Below the pieces are notes generated by a model. It was not told where the DNA came from, made no database searches, and was given only the letters and a program-made list of their open reading frames with translations. Shown here in pieces: positions 45,899 to 56,090 of a stretch of DNA of 64,000 nt; position 1 is the stretch's first letter; each line of letters opens with the position of its first letter. This stretch comes from an uncultured Planctomycetota bacterium (GTDB taxonomy: Bacteria > Planctomycetota > CAZGEP01), in assembly GCA_964524955.1 (NCBI GenBank), contig CAZGEP010000001.1, forward strand, positions 1,811 to 65,810. The letters are read 5' to 3'. The translations under genes were made by a program, and so were the position numbers.

Positions 45899-46621
45899 TT
45901 GCTATTGGAAGAGTTTATGGGAATTCTGAACAATTCAGATGCGGAAAAAGCGGCACAGCCCTTTAACGTACTCAATTTTGAAAAGGAAGCTGAGCGCCTG
46001 GTTGCTCAGGCAAAACAGGATGCAGAACGTATTCTGAATGATGCCCGAACTCAAGCGGAAAAACTGCGTAAGCAAACGCTTGTCCAGGCGGAGAAAGAAG
46101 GCCGTAAGCAGGGGATTGATAAGGGTATGGAAGAGGGAAAGAGCGCCGGACATAAGCAGGGCATTGCGGAGATTCAAGAAAAAGAGGAACCATTGCATAC
46201 GCTGCTTACGGAAATGGTTTCTGGAATCGAGGAGAATTACCAGATGGCGCTGCGCGAAGCGCGGCAGGACATTCTGGGCCTGGCTGTAGCCATTGCCGAG
46301 AAACTTGTTAAACATTCTGTGGACGTGAACGAAGGGGAATCCGTGCGCAGGAATCTGATGGAAGCCATTGGCAAGACCGTAAAGCGGGATCGTCTGACGC
46401 TTGAAGTCCACCCGGACGACCGGAAACTGATTGAGGAAATACTCCCGGACATTCAGAAAACATTTGAAGAAGTTGAACATCTGGCGGTGATTGAAAACAA
46501 GGATATGGATCGGGGAGGATGCCGGGTGCATACCCGTTACGGAAGCGTGGATAATACCCTTACCCGGCAGATCGCGATTGTTGCTGCAGAAATCGCGGGG
46601 ATAGACAATTATGATGGTTGA
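45899..46621 (+). CDS. fliH: Flagellar assembly protein FliH
   Basis: Coiled-coil N-term (AERILNDARTQAEKLRKQ) and C-terminal FliH domain. Overlaps the fliI start. Confidence 0.7.
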   Translation: MLLEEFMGILNNSDAEKAAQPFNVLNFEKEAERLVAQAKQDAERILNDARTQAEKLRKQTLVQAEKEGRKQGIDKGMEEGKSAGHKQGIAEIQEKEEPLHTLLTEMVSGIEENYQMALREARQDILGLAVAIAEKLVKHSVDVNEGESVRRNLMEAIGKTVKRDRLTLEVHPDDRKLIEEILPDIQKTFEEVEHLAVIENKDMDRGGCRVHTRYGSVDNTLTRQIAIVAAEIAGIDNYDG

Positions 46622-47927
46622 CATCCGTGAGAAGATTAAACATCTTGAAACGCTTCAGAGCTGTGAAGTCTCAGGGGTTGTCACACAGGTCATCGGCCTG
46701 GTCATTGAATCCACTCCCATGAGTGTTGCGGTCGGAAGTCAGTGCGTGATCGAATCCATTACCGGAAACGACCGGGTGGAGGCAGAGGTTGTGGGATTTC
46801 GCGGGGATACGACCCTTCTGATGGCGCACAGTGAACTTCGGGGAATCTGTCCGGGAGACAGGATCCGCTGTTCATCTACTGAGCAGAAAGTGGAGATCGG
46901 CGAACATCTGCTGGGAAACATTCTGGACGGCAGGGGAAATCCGGTCAGCAGTTTTGGCCGGTTTTGTCGTGTTGATACCTGTGCGGTCTATGGCCCGGCG
47001 CCGGATCCGCTCACGCGCAGCCGAATCAGCGAGCCACTGAGTACCGGAATTCGCGCGATTGACGGGCTGGTTACTCTGGGGAAAGGACAGCGGATGGGGA
47101 TTTTCTCTGGAACCGGTGTCGGTAAATCTGTTTTGATGGGCATGATTGCCCGATATACATCCGCAGATGTGAATGTTATTGCTCTGGTCGGGGAGCGCGG
47201 AAGGGAAGTCCGGGAGTTTCTTGAAAAAGACCTGGGCGAAGAGGGACTGAAACGGTCTGTCGTTGTGGTGTCTACATCAGACAAACCCGCATTGCAGCGG
47301 GTAAAGGCGGTTTTTGTGGCTACGGCCATTGCCGAGTATTTTCGGGATCAGGGAAAGGATGTGCTGCTGATGATGGATTCCATTACACGGCTTGCTTTTG
47401 CGCAGCGTGAAATTGGCTTGTCCATTGGGGAGCCTCCCGCGACCAAGGGGTATCCACCGTCGGTATTCAATATTCTGCCGAAATTTCTCGAACGCGCCGG
47501 TTGTTCGGACAAAGGCTCTATTACCGGGATATACACAGTGCTGGTTGAGTCGGATGATTTAAACGAACCGATTTCCGACACTGTTCGCGGTATTATAGAC
47601 GGGCATGTGGCGTTGTCCAGAGACCTGGCTTCCAAGGGGCAGTATCCAGCCATTGATGTGCTGCAGAGTGTGAGCCGGGTGATGGTGGATATCGTGGACG
47701 AACAGCACCGCAAGGACGCACTCAAGCTTCGTTCCATACTCAGCGTGTACAACGATTCTGAGGACCTGATCAATATCGGTGCCTATGCCAAGGGAGCCAA
47801 TGCGGCCATTGACCAGGCCGTGGATATGATCGAACCGATTCGGAATTTCCTTCAACAGGATATTCATGAAAGTGTTGACTATGTTTCAGCCGCTGGTGCG
47901 CTGAAAGAACTCATGGGAAAGGCCTGA
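46611..47927 (+). CDS. fliI: Flagellum-specific ATP synthase FliI
   Basis: Walker A GIFSGTGVGKS, Walker B LLMMDSITR. F1/T3SS ATPase family. Confidence 0.9.
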   Translation: MMVDIREKIKHLETLQSCEVSGVVTQVIGLVIESTPMSVAVGSQCVIESITGNDRVEAEVVGFRGDTTLLMAHSELRGICPGDRIRCSSTEQKVEIGEHLLGNILDGRGNPVSSFGRFCRVDTCAVYGPAPDPLTRSRISEPLSTGIRAIDGLVTLGKGQRMGIFSGTGVGKSVLMGMIARYTSADVNVIALVGERGREVREFLEKDLGEEGLKRSVVVVSTSDKPALQRVKAVFVATAIAEYFRDQGKDVLLMMDSITRLAFAQREIGLSIGEPPATKGYPPSVFNILPKFLERAGCSDKGSITGIYTVLVESDDLNEPISDTVRGIIDGHVALSRDLASKGQYPAIDVLQSVSRVMVDIVDEQHRKDALKLRSILSVYNDSEDLINIGAYAKGANAAIDQAVDMIEPIRNFLQQDIHESVDYVSAAGALKELMGKA

Positions 47928-47928
47928 T

Positions 47929-48369
47929 ATGGCAAAACGTTTTATATTCAGACTGGAACCGGTTCTGCGGTATCGTTCACAGCTTGAAAAGGAGAAACAG
48001 CGGGAGTTTGCCGCGGTTCAGATGGAGTACAATGCCAAGGGAGACCAAATTCGGGATCTCAACCAGCGTTTTGTGCAGGTTCAGAATCGGTTCGGTCAGG
48101 CCAAGAGCGGCGGAAGCGATGTCAAACTGTGGATGTCGTATCAGTCGTATCTGAACGATATTAAGAACAGTATTTTCAACTGTCTGGCTGAGCAGCAGAA
48201 AATCAGCCAACGCTTGGAACAGAAAAGGACCGAACTCGTCCGGGCGGCCCGGGAGCGCAGGGTCCTGGAGAAACTTCGAGAAAAGCGGTTTGCGAATCAT
48301 GTCCGGGAGAATGACAGACTGGAACAGAAAGAACTGGACGAAATTGCGTTGAGGAACTATTATGGCTAA
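47929..48369 (+). CDS. fliJ: Flagellar export protein FliJ
   Basis: FIFRLEPVLRYRSQLEKEKQREFA... coiled coil. 146 aa. Confidence 0.7.
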   Translation: MAKRFIFRLEPVLRYRSQLEKEKQREFAAVQMEYNAKGDQIRDLNQRFVQVQNRFGQAKSGGSDVKLWMSYQSYLNDIKNSIFNCLAEQQKISQRLEQKRTELVRAARERRVLEKLREKRFANHVRENDRLEQKELDEIALRNYYG

Positions 48370-49096
48370 ATTTACCACCTCCACCATCATCGATTCCTTT
48401 TTGACCTTTGCCGCCTTTAATTTTCTGGCACTGTTTTTTTTCGGTGTGATTCTCTACTTCACGGGATCCGTAGACAAGCATACGGCCGTCAGTTTGCTGA
48501 AAATGGCTCGGGGAGAGGTTATGGCGCTCTCTGCCAAAGAGTACTCCGAGTATCAAACATACAAAGCGGAAGAAAAAAAACGCAAGGAGCTTGCCGGGCT
48601 TCAGAAAAAAAAATACAGCACCCGAAGCGATCTTTTTGACGCCCAGGTCAAGTTGCTTGAAGGGCGGGAGGAAAATATTCGGCGCATGGAAAAAAAAGTG
48701 CAGATCATTAAACAGCAGAATGCGGAGCAGGAAGAACGTCTGGATGCGAAACGCGCCGCGATCGACAGGGAAACAAAGAAAAACATGGAAAAAATTACCG
48801 AGTTCCGGCAGAAACAGCTGTCTGCGGAAGACGAGCAGATTCTCAAACGTTTTGCCAATATGGAACCCAAAGCTGTTGCACAGAGCCTGCTCGGAACCAA
48901 CCTGGATCCTCAAACATATGTACTGCCGCAGGATCAGGCGGAAAGAGACAAAAAGCTTGATTATATAATAAGTTACCTCAGTCGAATGAATGCCCGGAAC
49001 GCGGCCGCAGTCCTGGCGGAAATGGGCCCCGTTCTCACCAATGCCATCAACCTTCGCAAAGTGAATCGAATCAAGAATCTTAAACTGCAGAATTGA
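48362..49096 (+). CDS. MgtE_N-domain flagellar protein (B. subtilis YlxF / spirochete FlbB-like)
   Basis: N-terminal TM. C-terminal NAAAVLAEMGPVLTNAI (MgtE_N-like). It occupies the fliJ-fliK slot as ylxF does in the B. subtilis fla/che operon. Confidence 0.5.
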   Translation: MAKFTTSTIIDSFLTFAAFNFLALFFFGVILYFTGSVDKHTAVSLLKMARGEVMALSAKEYSEYQTYKAEEKKRKELAGLQKKKYSTRSDLFDAQVKLLEGREENIRRMEKKVQIIKQQNAEQEERLDAKRAAIDRETKKNMEKITEFRQKQLSAEDEQILKRFANMEPKAVAQSLLGTNLDPQTYVLPQDQAERDKKLDYIISYLSRMNARNAAAVLAEMGPVLTNAINLRKVNRIKNLKLQN

Positions 49097-49113
49097 TTGG
49101 TCCGGTATTTGCA
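49097..49113 (+). promoter_or_regulatory. Candidate sigma-54 promoter (TTGGtccggtatTTGCA) upstream of fliK
   Basis: Near-consensus match to TTGGCACGG-N4-TTGCA with correct -24/-12 spacing. About 70 nt upstream of the fliK ATG, in the only intergenic gap (87 nt) of the flgB-fliN block. Confidence 0.55.
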
Positions 49114-49183
49114 CTATTTACCTTGTTCTCAAATTGTCAAGTGGTTGAGAGAAAATATAACCCTATATAAGAGAGCAATATAA

Positions 49184-50689
49184 ATGGCAACTACACCTCT
49201 TCAGAATTCGATTAAACCCATCGGCGAAAACAGCCAGGGACCGGAAATAATCGCCGCATCTCCCCGCAAAAACAAGGCGGAGAAAACGTCTCCATCTGTT
49301 TTTGATATGGTGATGCAGAATGTTAAGTCCATGAAAACGACGGGCAAAGCAGAAGAATGCGAAGAAAGCAAGGACGGACAAAGACGGGTTGAGGACCTGG
49401 TTGCAGATTTCAAGGAATTCATGGAGGATCATCCGCAGCTGGATTTGATCAACGGTCTTTTCCAGTGGCTGAGCGCAAGAATGGAAAACATGGACGATTT
49501 GCCCCAGGAACTTCAGAAAACGCTGAGTGAATTGACTGCCATGCTCGAAGGACTGCTTGAAAATGTTGCGTTGATCGACAATGACGTTCTGGTCTCGGTT
49601 GAGAATGAAATCATGGAATTGCTTTCCGGAACAGGAGAAAAAGACCTTGCGGACGGAAGGATTTTCCAGGTTCTCAAGGATAAACTGGCTCCCATTATAA
49701 GGTGCGTGAGCAATCCAACCGTTTCGCCTTCACCGAAAGCCGATGATTCCGGGCAGAACAGCCAGACAGATCCAACGGAAAAATTTGTACAGAGAAACGC
49801 TGCTTCACAAGCAACAACCGAGGGTAGCGGTAAAACAGAGCAGAAAACAGGATCCACTGCTTTCGTATCCAGAGTTTCCGGCGATGCCTCGGAAAAGACG
49901 GGGGCAGGAACATTACCCGGCAGTCAGAATGACGCAAATACATCACCGGATAAAAACAGCGAATCTGCCTCAACAAAGATTCCGCTGAAGGCGGTATCTG
50001 AAAAAACGGAAAGCATTGAGTCCGAACTCAAGGTCAGTGTTAAAACACCGGAAGCCGCAGAAACGAGGCTGGAAAAGGTGATCAAGACGGTTGTTTCGAA
50101 CAAAGATTCTGCAACCGATGCCCGGACAATTCAGGACGTGAAGGGAAGCGAAACTATTGCCAAGCCGGAAAGCCCGGTTCCAACAGTCATGAAAACGGAA
50201 GCTGCAGCGGCCACAGCTTCGACGGCTTCACGTATTGTGGAAAACGCGGAAAATATTGAGAATATCCGAAAGATTGTACAGGATTTCAATATCACACGGT
50301 TCCGGAATTTTGAAACGGTTCGCATCAGCCTGGAACCGCCCGAACTCGGTAAAATGCAGATCAAACTCGTAATGAATGGTTCGGATCTGAATGCTGTTAT
50401 TCAGACGGAATCTGCGGAAGCCAGGGAGCTTCTCAGCCGGAACCTGAATTCGCTGCGTCAGGTTCTTGCGGACAAGGGAATATCCATCGAGAATTTTGAT
50501 ATTTCTTCGGAAGCGGATGATTCCTTTTCCGAACAACCCGGCACACAGGAAGCTTTTGCCGAGGCTTCACGTTCGAATACAAGCCTTCGCGGTGCTGGCG
50601 GGAAAACGAGCACAGTATCGGAGCAAGCGGACAGCCAGACAGAAACAAAACGAACCTTGTCATCCGGCAAGATTGACCTGGTGGCTTGA
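49184..50689 (+). CDS. fliK: Flagellar hook-length control protein FliK
   Basis: C-terminal Flg_hook domain (VRISLEPPELGKMQIKLVMNGSDLNAVIQTESAEARELLSRNLNSLRQVLADKGISIENFDIS). Ser/Thr/Ala-rich central region. Confidence 0.7.
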   Translation: MATTPLQNSIKPIGENSQGPEIIAASPRKNKAEKTSPSVFDMVMQNVKSMKTTGKAEECEESKDGQRRVEDLVADFKEFMEDHPQLDLINGLFQWLSARMENMDDLPQELQKTLSELTAMLEGLLENVALIDNDVLVSVENEIMELLSGTGEKDLADGRIFQVLKDKLAPIIRCVSNPTVSPSPKADDSGQNSQTDPTEKFVQRNAASQATTEGSGKTEQKTGSTAFVSRVSGDASEKTGAGTLPGSQNDANTSPDKNSESASTKIPLKAVSEKTESIESELKVSVKTPEAAETRLEKVIKTVVSNKDSATDARTIQDVKGSETIAKPESPVPTVMKTEAAAATASTASRIVENAENIENIRKIVQDFNITRFRNFETVRISLEPPELGKMQIKLVMNGSDLNAVIQTESAEARELLSRNLNSLRQVLADKGISIENFDISSEADDSFSEQPGTQEAFAEASRSNTSLRGAGGKTSTVSEQADSQTETKRTLSSGKIDLVA

Positions 50690-50705
50690 AACAGAGGAGA
50701 AAACC

Positions 50706-51137
50706 ATGGAACAGATAACTGCTGCAACATCACTTTTGTCGGAACCGGCACGAACTGCGAGCAGTTCCGAGACAGACATGGGATCACAGGAGTTTCTAAA
50801 TCTCCTGGTCCTGCAGCTCAAGAACCAGGATCCGCTTGATCCCATGGACAACGAAAAGTTTATTACACAGCTGACCCAGCTTCAGACCCTGGAACAGCAG
50901 CGGCAGATGACCCAAGCCACGACATCGTTGATTCTTCAGCAGAAGATTACATCATCAGCCAACATGATCGGCCGGACTGTTCGGGGAACGGTGACTGAGG
51001 GTATGGATCAGTATGACGCCTCGGGCACGGTAGAGCGGGTTACGGTTCAGGATGACGATGTGATTTTGAAGATTCATGATTCAGAGAGCGACGCTGTTTT
51101 CGAACTTCATTCCGAAGATATACTGGAAATTTACTAA
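50706..51137 (+). CDS. flgD: Flagellar hook assembly/capping protein FlgD
   Basis: GSQEFLNLLVLQLKNQDPLDPMDNEKFITQLTQLQTLEQ (FlgD N-domain). The start is moved to the ATG at 50706. Confidence 0.8.
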   Translation: MEQITAATSLLSEPARTASSSETDMGSQEFLNLLVLQLKNQDPLDPMDNEKFITQLTQLQTLEQQRQMTQATTSLILQQKITSSANMIGRTVRGTVTEGMDQYDASGTVERVTVQDDDVILKIHDSESDAVFELHSEDILEIY

Positions 51138-51148
51138 GGGAGGCAATC

Positions 51149-52966
51149 ATGGCACTTTTAACATCTCTTTACAGCGGTATTTCAGGCCTGCAGAGCCATC
51201 AGCAGAAGATGGACGTGATCGGCAACAATATTGCCAACGTCAATACCTTTGGTTTCAAGACCGGGCGTCTTCAGTTTGAGGATATGCTCAGTACGGTTCT
51301 GTCGCAGGGGCAGGCCCCGGGCGACAATCTTGCCGGAACAAACCCGCAGCAGATCGGTATGGGTTCGAAAATCGGTATGGTTTCCTCTGACCTCAGCCAG
51401 GGTGCTTTTGAAAATACCGGCTTGAGTTCTGACCTGGCCATTGACGGTGATGGGTTCTTTATTCTGGAGGGGACCGGAAACGAGCGGTTGTTCACCCGTA
51501 ACGGCGCCTTTTCGCTGAGCGCAGACTACGAACTGGTGGATCCCACATCGGGTATGAAAGTGATCGGGTACAATGCAGAGCGGCTGCCGGACGGAACCCT
51601 GGAAATCAATAACGCCGAAGCCGTTGTCAGTATTCCCATTGGTGAAATGAGCTACGGCCAGGAAACTTCGGAAGTCAACCTCTCCGGAAACTTGAACTCC
51701 AATGCAACGATTGCCACGCAGGGCTCCTTTCTCAAGTCCTACCAGTTTTACAGTTCCAACGCTGGTGCGGCCGCAGCACCCGGAACCGCGCTGGAAAGCC
51801 TGTACTGGGATCCGGAGGCGGACGGAACCTTTGAGCGGGTATTCCCCAACTTGAACGGTACTGCCGGTCAGACGCTTGAGTTTGAGGCAAAGAAAGGGCC
51901 GTCACTGGTTACAGACAAGTTTACATACGGAGCGATTGCCGCTGATCCGACCGGTGAGAATTCCTATGACGGAACCACGCTCGCTGAACTGAACACATGG
52001 CTGAATAATGTACTTGGTCTTGGCGATCAGGCCACGCACACCGGTTCGTGGGGCTGCGGGTATGCTGAATTTGATGATGCCACGGATGTGATTGACATCT
52101 ACAGTCAGTTCGGCGAAGTCAACGGTATCAGTAATATCAAATTCACGGACAAGAATGTTACCAACAACCTGACCCAGCGCGACCTGTTCACGATTCAGGC
52201 CGATGGGAGCGGCAATGACATTGAAGCCGACGGTGAGAACGGTGCTGTGACCGATATCGTGGTCTACGACAGCCTGGGCAACACGCATTCCATGCGGCTT
52301 TCCTTCTGGCTGGAGAGCCAGACGTCGGAATTCTCGACCTGGCGATGGGTAGCTGAGTCCAAGGATAATACCGGGTCATCCACTCAGAATGAGGCTGGCC
52401 GTGATCTGGCTACCGGAACGGTCCGCTTTGACGAATTTGGAAACTTCTCCCCCGGCAGTACCAATGCAGACGGTCTGGTGGAGCTCAATCTCTACAACCA
52501 GGGCGTGGGAACACCACTTCAGTTCAATCTGGATTTCAGCAACCTGACACAGTTTTACAAAACCGAGGAATCTACAGTGAATGTGAGGAGTCAGGATGGT
52601 ACACGGACCGATGTTCTGGATACGTACTCCATCTCCAGTGAAGGTTCGATTGTTGGGATTTTCAAAAACGGTCTGAGTGTACAGATCGGTCAGGTGTTGC
52701 TTGCCGATTTTTCCAATCCGCAGGGTATGGTTAAGGTTGGATCCAATAAGTTTGCTGTTGGCGCCAATTCGGGTGAAGCCGCCATCGGCATCCCGGGAAG
52801 CGGCGGCAAGGGTGGTATCCGTCAGGGTATGCTTGAACAGTCCAATGTGGACCTGACCAAGGAATTTACAGAACTGGTTACTACGCAGCGTGCCTACCAG
52901 GCAAACGCGCGAACCATAACAACGTCCAACTCCCTGCTGCAGGAACTGGTGCAGCTGGTCCGGTAA
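51149..52966 (+). CDS. flgE: Flagellar hook protein FlgE
   Basis: N-term SGISGLQSHQQKMDVIGNNIANVNTFGFK. C-term TQRAYQANARTITTSNSLLQELVQL. Confidence 0.9.
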   Translation: MALLTSLYSGISGLQSHQQKMDVIGNNIANVNTFGFKTGRLQFEDMLSTVLSQGQAPGDNLAGTNPQQIGMGSKIGMVSSDLSQGAFENTGLSSDLAIDGDGFFILEGTGNERLFTRNGAFSLSADYELVDPTSGMKVIGYNAERLPDGTLEINNAEAVVSIPIGEMSYGQETSEVNLSGNLNSNATIATQGSFLKSYQFYSSNAGAAAAPGTALESLYWDPEADGTFERVFPNLNGTAGQTLEFEAKKGPSLVTDKFTYGAIAADPTGENSYDGTTLAELNTWLNNVLGLGDQATHTGSWGCGYAEFDDATDVIDIYSQFGEVNGISNIKFTDKNVTNNLTQRDLFTIQADGSGNDIEADGENGAVTDIVVYDSLGNTHSMRLSFWLESQTSEFSTWRWVAESKDNTGSSTQNEAGRDLATGTVRFDEFGNFSPGSTNADGLVELNLYNQGVGTPLQFNLDFSNLTQFYKTEESTVNVRSQDGTRTDVLDTYSISSEGSIVGIFKNGLSVQIGQVLLADFSNPQGMVKVGSNKFAVGANSGEAAIGIPGSGGKGGIRQGMLEQSNVDLTKEFTELVTTQRAYQANARTITTSNSLLQELVQLVR

Positions 52967-52993
52967 AAAAATGAATATGAAAAGATCGTGATA

Positions 52994-53188
52994 ATGATAA
53001 AATTAACACGTTTGAATGAAAAAAAGATTGTGATTAACGCGGAAATGATTAAATTTATAGAAGAGACACCGGATACGTTGATCACGCTTAGGGACAGCGA
53101 TAAGATTCTTGTCCGGGAGTCTGTGGACGAGGTGATCCTCAAAGCCATTGAATACGGAAGAATCGTCCGAAATATTCCCGGCTTGTAA
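52994..53188 (+). CDS. flbD: Flagellar protein FlbD
   Basis: MIKLTRLNEKKIVINAEMIKFIEETPDTLITLRDSDKILVRESVDEV is the FlbD family (PF06289). Position is between flgE and motA. Confidence 0.65.
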   Translation: MIKLTRLNEKKIVINAEMIKFIEETPDTLITLRDSDKILVRESVDEVILKAIEYGRIVRNIPGL

Positions 53189-53205
53189 ATTCTGGAGAGG
53201 ACTGT

Positions 53206-53961
53206 ATGGATATTTCCACAATTGTTGGTTTGATGTTCGGCATGGCCATGATTGTCTACGGTATCAGTTCCAACCCCATGCTTTTTGTTGATATTCCTTC
53301 CATGGGGATTGTCCTCGGCGGCGCGGTCGGCAGTCTGATGATCAGCTTGCCCCTGCTCAATGTGCTCAGTTTTCACAAGCCGCTGATGAAGTGCTTCTTT
53401 TCCAAGTCCGAAGATCAGCAGGCCATTATCAAGAAACTGGTGGAGTTTGCGGAAATCGCCCGGCGAGACGGTATCCTTGCTCTGGAGAACGTAACCGGCG
53501 ATATCACGGATAAATTTCTGGTTAAGGGAATTCAGCTTGCCGTGGACGGTACGGACCCGGAACTTATTGAGCAGATTATGAATAATGAACTGGAGACTCT
53601 CGAAGACCGCCATGCAACCGGAAAAAAGGTCTTTGATGTTCTGGGCAAGTACGCACCGGCCTGGGGAATGATTGGAACCCTGATCGGTCTGATTCTTATG
53701 CTCGCCAACCTTAGCGATCCCAGTAAGCTGGGTGCGGGTATGTCGGTTGCGCTGATTACCACATTTTACGGTGCTGTGATCGCGAATTTTATATTTATGC
53801 CGATTTCCGACAAACTGCAGAAACGTCACGATGAGGAGATGCTCCAGCGGGAGATTATTCTGCGGGGAGTCATGTCTATACAATCCGGTGACAATCCTCG
53901 GATCGTTAAGCAGCGGTTGGAGGTTTTCCTGCCGCCATCGGAACGAGAGGGAGATTCGTGA
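53206..53961 (+). CDS. motA: Flagellar motor stator protein MotA
   Basis: Four TM segments. Conserved plug/TM3-4 region GTLIGLILMLANLSDPSKLGAGMSVALITTFYGAVIANFIFMPI. Confidence 0.85.
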   Translation: MDISTIVGLMFGMAMIVYGISSNPMLFVDIPSMGIVLGGAVGSLMISLPLLNVLSFHKPLMKCFFSKSEDQQAIIKKLVEFAEIARRDGILALENVTGDITDKFLVKGIQLAVDGTDPELIEQIMNNELETLEDRHATGKKVFDVLGKYAPAWGMIGTLIGLILMLANLSDPSKLGAGMSVALITTFYGAVIANFIFMPISDKLQKRHDEEMLQREIILRGVMSIQSGDNPRIVKQRLEVFLPPSEREGDS

Positions 53962-54710
53962 GCAAAAAAAAGAAACAGCCTGTACTCGAAGGTGCGCCCG
54001 AGTGGATGACTACCTATGGTGACATGGTAACGCTGTTGCTTACGTTTTTTGTTATGCTGGTATCCATGTCCAGTATCCAGGAGGCCAAGTTCAAAAAGGC
54101 AATGGCATCCCTGCGCAAGAGCTTTGGTATTCTTTCGCATAAAATGACCACCGTCAGTCCTGCTCAGAATCTGATTATGAAGAAGCCAGCCCGTATGACC
54201 GGCCATATCAATATTGATGGACTCAAGGGAAAACACGTGGAAGTGAAAACCATCAAGCAGGGAAAGAAAATCGTAATCGGCGGTTCGGTCCTATTTGAAA
54301 AAGAAAGTGCGGAACTTAAACCCGGTGCGTATGAAGATTTGCTGGAAATCGCAGAGCAGCTTCGGGGATTCAAGAATAAGATTGAAATACGCGGACATGC
54401 GTCCTCCGAGCCGTTCAGTGATGAAGCCGCTAAGTATCGGGACAAATGGGAGCTTTCCTTTTACCGGGCAAAGGCTGTGGCAGATTTTATGTCTCGCAAG
54501 GGAGGGATTCGGGCTAAACGCATACGAATTACCGGATGCGGGGAGTTTGAAAAGGCGGATACCAATCTGTTTGTTCTGTCCCGTGATCGAAATCGAAGAG
54601 TAGAAATAATTGTATCCGATCAGCGCATACCCATTGTGGAGGATACAGAAGAAGCGCGTAAAGATCGAATCCGTAACCCTAAAGTGAAGAAAGACGTTCC
54701 GGAGGATTAA
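53958..54710 (+). CDS. motB: Flagellar motor stator protein MotB (OmpA-like peptidoglycan-binding)
   Basis: N-term EGAPEWMTTYGDMVTLLLTFFVML with the conserved Asp. C-terminal OmpA-like IEIRGHASSEP...ELSFYRAKAV. Confidence 0.85.
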   Translation: MSKKKKQPVLEGAPEWMTTYGDMVTLLLTFFVMLVSMSSIQEAKFKKAMASLRKSFGILSHKMTTVSPAQNLIMKKPARMTGHINIDGLKGKHVEVKTIKQGKKIVIGGSVLFEKESAELKPGAYEDLLEIAEQLRGFKNKIEIRGHASSEPFSDEAAKYRDKWELSFYRAKAVADFMSRKGGIRAKRIRITGCGEFEKADTNLFVLSRDRNRRVEIIVSDQRIPIVEDTEEARKDRIRNPKVKKDVPED

Positions 54711-54712
54711 TT

Positions 54713-55366
54713 ATGGCAGATGAAGAAAACCTGAACAACGAAGAGACCGCACCGGATGCGGCGAAAAAAGATAAACAACCCCATTTCACCAAGCTGGGTT
54801 TGATTGTTTTTGTAGCCGTGCTGGTGCTGTGGACCGGGTTGATGTATTTCTTTTTCAGCAGCGCCAAGCAGAGCATGGGAGATTTTGAGGATGCCAAGGA
54901 GGAGGCATCGGACGAACGGTTCAAGGATATCAATTTCCAGAGAATCAATGCGCCGGAAGTCAAGCTCGAGGATGTCATGCATTATGTGAAAATCAATCCC
55001 ACGGGCAGTCAGGGACGGATTCTTTCCTGCACGCTGGTGCTCAAACTCGGATTGACTGAGGAAGAAAAACGCAAACTGAATCCGGACAATGTACAGCTCA
55101 AACAGGACTTTGATCTCAAGGCGCTGCTTAAGCTTGACGATTCGGTAAAAAGCTACAAGGTGATAGTGGAAAAGATGAAGGATAAACTCAAATCCTACTT
55201 GATAAATGAAATTAATGAGTACAATTTTCAGGAACTGAATTCATCCGTAATCAAGCAGAAGATCGCCAATGAAATCAGAGGGTACGCGAACGACAATTTG
55301 AAGAAATACGGGATGGAACCCCGAATTTCTGAAGCCTACTGGAGCGTATTCACCTTCAGCCCGTAA
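54713..55366 (+). CDS. fliL: Flagellar basal body-associated protein FliL
   Basis: Single N-terminal TM ([21 protein letters not shown]) and FliL periplasmic domain. Confidence 0.75.
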   Translation: MADEENLNNEETAPDAAKKDKQPHFTKLGLIVFVAVLVLWTGLMYFFFSSAKQSMGDFEDAKEEASDERFKDINFQRINAPEVKLEDVMHYVKINPTGSQGRILSCTLVLKLGLTEEEKRKLNPDNVQLKQDFDLKALLKLDDSVKSYKVIVEKMKDKLKSYLINEINEYNFQELNSSVIKQKIANEIRGYANDNLKKYGMEPRISEAYWSVFTFSP

Positions 55367-55380
55367 CCCCGGAGGACGGT

Positions 55381-55857
55381 ATGTCACCTGATGAACTGAG
55401 CCAGAGCGAAATTGATTCCCTTCTTTCCGAGAGTGATGGCGAGCAGGAAGGAACCGTGGATAAAAGCGGCGATGGTGCAGAGGCGCCCCCGGCAGCGGAT
55501 ACGAAATCCGGGGGAGAGGGAGGTGGTTCCAGGCCTGCATCCGTGGACATGCCGGCGTTTGACTCTCCTTCCGGTGGTGCACAGAGCAAGCCGGTCAAGA
55601 ACATTGAAGACATGCTGCAGGATGTTGAGCTGGATGTGAAGATTGAACTCGGCCGGTCCATTATGACTGTGGAAGACATTATCCGGCTTCAGAGCGGTTC
55701 AGTCGTGGAACTGAATAAACTGGCCGGAGATCCGGTGGATGTACTGGTCAACGAACAGCTGGTGGCCAAAGGGGAAGTTCTGGTTCTCAATGATGCCTTT
55801 TGTATTCGGATTACGGAAATCGTCTCTCCCAAGGAAAAACTGTCGCGACAGATGTAG
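55381..55857 (+). CDS. fliN: Flagellar motor switch protein FliN
   Basis: C-terminal SpoA domain [67 protein letters not shown]. Confidence 0.8.
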   Translation: MSPDELSQSEIDSLLSESDGEQEGTVDKSGDGAEAPPAADTKSGGEGGGSRPASVDMPAFDSPSGGAQSKPVKNIEDMLQDVELDVKIELGRSIMTVEDIIRLQSGSVVELNKLAGDPVDVLVNEQLVAKGEVLVLNDAFCIRITEIVSPKEKLSRQM

Positions 55858-56032
55858 TTTATCTTTCTGGTAAGTCCAATGCCAGCCCCAGGATAATTTG
55901 TGGTTTATTGTAAAAGCAGAAACATTTCAGGTACATGGATATTTAATTCGCAGCGTATGTTACGGGTTGCCATGACGCCCCCTGATTTTCACGCCATATC
56001 ACGCAAAAAATAGTAAAAAAATTATTTTTATA

Positions 56033-56061
56033 CTTTATATTTTATAAAATAGGTGTATAAT
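56033..56061 (+). promoter_or_regulatory. Possible extended -10 (TGTATAAT) sigma70-type promoter in the 233-nt AT-rich gap between fliN and fliO
   Basis: tgtataat at 56054-56061 with a weak -35. No sigma54 or sigma28 consensus found in this gap by eye. Confidence 0.25.
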
Positions 56062-56090
56062 GTAGGTATATATTCTCGGGTGGGTATATC

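Noticed and set aside
55858-56090. Sigma-54 or sigma-28 promoter in the fliN-fliO gap
   Set aside because: The closest sigma54-like string (TGGatatttaattcGC, about 55936) has the GC dinucleotide one position out of register. No TAAA-N15-GCCGATAA-like sigma28 element is present. Only an extended -10 (TGTATAAT) is reported, at low confidence.
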